Part shown: in pieces, positions 62,350 through 64,000 of the stretch
Position numbering within the stretch: the stretch's first letter is position 1
How the letters are laid out: every line of letters begins with the position of its first letter
NCBI GenBank assembly: GCA_963669175.1
Contig: OY769902.1
Location: forward strand, 64,001 to 128,000
Direction of reading: 5' to 3'
Length of the DNA: 64,000 nucleotides
DNA from: a bacterium
GTDB lineage: Bacteria > Electryoneota > Electryoneia > Electryoneales > Electryoneaceae
The notes under the pieces: generated by a model
The model's input: only the letters and a program-made list of their open reading frames with translations
The model's database searches: none
What the model was told of the DNA's origin: nothing
Program-made: the position numbers and the translations under genes

Positions 62350-62361
62350 AGAAAGAGCAAG

Positions 62362-63372
62362 TTACGGAATATCAACCGGGGTTAGCCAGCCATATTTATC
62401 ATCCCGAGTACCATTTATGATCGCGAAGAAACGTTCCTGCAATTTGCGCGCGATCTCACCCCGTGAACCGGTTCCAATCGTGATCCGGTCAATAGAACGA
62501 ATCGGGGTAACCTCTGATGCAGTACCGCAGAAGAAGACTTCATCCGCCAGGTAGAGCATCTCACGCGGGATCTGATGCTCTTCCACATGCGCATCAATCT
62601 CGCCCTCTTCCAGCAGCTCGCCGAGGAGCTGAATCAGGCTGTCACGAGTGATGCCGGGGAGCACACTGTTGCCGAGCGGCGGTGTGTAGATGACTTTCTT
62701 GTCCTTCAGGTAGACGAAGATATTCTCGCCGCTACCTTCGGAAACAAAGCCGTTGGAATCCAGCGCAATGCCTTCCACATAACCGTTCTTGATCGCTTCC
62801 TGCTTGATCAACTGGCTGTTCATGTAGTTGGCGCCGCATTTTGCCAGGGCCGGGAAGGTGTTCGGAGCCATACGTGTCCACGAGGACACACAGACATCCA
62901 CACCCTTTTCCAGCGCTTCCGGGCCGAGATACTTGCCCCAGAACCAGGTCATGACAAACACATCCACCGGGCAGGGACGCGGGTCCACACCCAGGCTGTT
63001 GTAGCCACGCATGATGACTGGACGGATATACGCGGCCTTGTCGCCGTTCGCCTTCACCGTCTCAACACACGCCTGCATCATCTCGTCAACCGTGTATTCG
63101 AGACGTTTTCCCGATTTGCCCTGTTCAACGATCTCAGGCAATTCATCGGGGGTCATGCGGTATATTTTGGCTGAATTGTAAAGACGCTGTACATGCTCAC
63201 GAAGTCTGAAAATCACACTCAGGCCGTTTTCACGCTCCTGATGGTACATCCGGATTCCTTCAAAAACCGAGGAACCATAATGAAGAGCATGCGTTCCCAC
63301 ATGCACGTTGGCGTCGTTCCAGGGAACCAGTTCCCCGTTCATCCAGATCTTACCGGAACCGTCAAAACCCAT
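62362..63372 (-). CDS. ilvE: Branched-chain amino acid aminotransferase
   Basis: [50 protein letters not shown]. Confidence 0.96.
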   Translation of the reverse strand: MGFDGSGKIWMNGELVPWNDANVHVGTHALHYGSSVFEGIRMYHQERENGLSVIFRLREHVQRLYNSAKIYRMTPDELPEIVEQGKSGKRLEYTVDEMMQACVETVKANGDKAAYIRPVIMRGYNSLGVDPRPCPVDVFVMTWFWGKYLGPEALEKGVDVCVSSWTRMAPNTFPALAKCGANYMNSQLIKQEAIKNGYVEGIALDSNGFVSEGSGENIFVYLKDKKVIYTPPLGNSVLPGITRDSLIQLLGELLEEGEIDAHVEEHQIPREMLYLADEVFFCGTASEVTPIRSIDRITIGTGSRGEIARKLQERFFAIINGTRDDKYGWLTPVDIP

Positions 63373-63459
63373 GGTCTGTCCTCCCGAGTAGTCTGCTGTT
63401 TTGTATCGAAAGTGGTTTGCTGCATATCCAAGCGCACCAACAAACCTGTAACAATCTTT

Positions 63460-63758
63460 TTGGCCCCGTCCGGCTTGTCCGGCGGGGTTTATTCTTATTC
63501 AGATTAAGAAGCCAGTCCTTCAGCAGCCACCGTTCCCGACTTGCTCAATACTTCTGATTCTATGTCAAGCCCAGCACACATAGCAACCTGCTCACTCCAT
63601 CACACCGGCACTTCAGGCAAATCGGGCCATGCGATCCATTTTTTTTCCGCCCAGTTGGGTGGCCCGATCCGCATGTAAGCATTCATCCCTTCATGATGCG
63701 GATAGAATACTCCCGTAATATCAGTATCTATGATAAACCTTGAGCGCATCGGGACTAT
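63460..63758. repeat. Diverged fragments of composite-repeat modules E and C
   Basis: TTGGCCCCGTCCGGCTTGTCCGGCGGGGTTTATTCT; TCGGGCCATGCG...GGGTGGCCCGATCCGCA...GAGCGCATCGGGACT. Confidence 0.75.
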
Positions 63759-63772
63759 GTCAAAGCCAATTT

Positions 63773-64000
63773 CTACAGCACCTGTTCCACCGGGATCTCC
63801 AGCCATTGCGGCGGATCAGGCGGTTTGATCAATTCGCCATTTTCCATCAACTGCCACGTCCGTATCAGCAGCCAGATACAGCCACGATGCGCGACAACGA
63901 TTGCCGGTTTCCCGGGCCATTGTAGCGCCGCACGCTTCAACCCGCGTAACAACCGGACACGCATTTCCGCAATCGTTTCTCCACCGGGAGGCGCTTCATG
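63773..64000 (-). CDS. Histidine phosphatase (phosphoglycerate mutase-like) family, C-terminal part
   Basis: Manual translation HEAPPGGETIAEMRVRL...AIVVAHRGCI; the 5' end lies outside the window. Confidence 0.7.
   Translation of the reverse strand, partial: HEAPPGGETIAEMRVRLLRGLKRAALQWPGKPAIVVAHRGCIWLLIRTWQLMENGELIKPPDPPQWLEIPVEQVL

Overview
64 kb of a bacterial chromosome, roughly 50% GC by eye. It probably comes from an FCB-superphylum lineage; this is an inference from four secreted proteins with 'YPNPFN' Por/T9SS-type C-terminal domains, a C25 gingipain-like protein and a Bacteroidota-type DksA. Housekeeping content: Hsp20, DksA, ParA, a SurA/PpiD-like PPIase, alpha-2-macroglobulin plus pbpC, sdhCDAB, a DapL-like aminotransferase, nusB and ilvE. 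There are also seven two-component proteins, including three tandem large PAS/PocR hybrid kinases. No rRNA, tRNA, CRISPR array, transposase or integrase was found. The unusual signal is non-coding: many intergenic gaps are filled with palindromic repeat families. These include a 333-bp MITE (2 copies, 23-bp TIRs, 8-bp target duplications) and a modular composite repeat (5 long copies plus fragments). That repeat brackets accessory gene blocks and, at two loci, ends in the same 10-mer carrying a stop codon at the 3' end of the neighbouring gene. One bracketed block (small secreted protein plus a GC-mosaic beta-helix/CTD protein) sits behind a TTGACA...TATCTT promoter with a G13 tract in its spacer, a candidate phase-variable surface-protein cassette. 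All product calls come from motif recognition by eye, not database searches.
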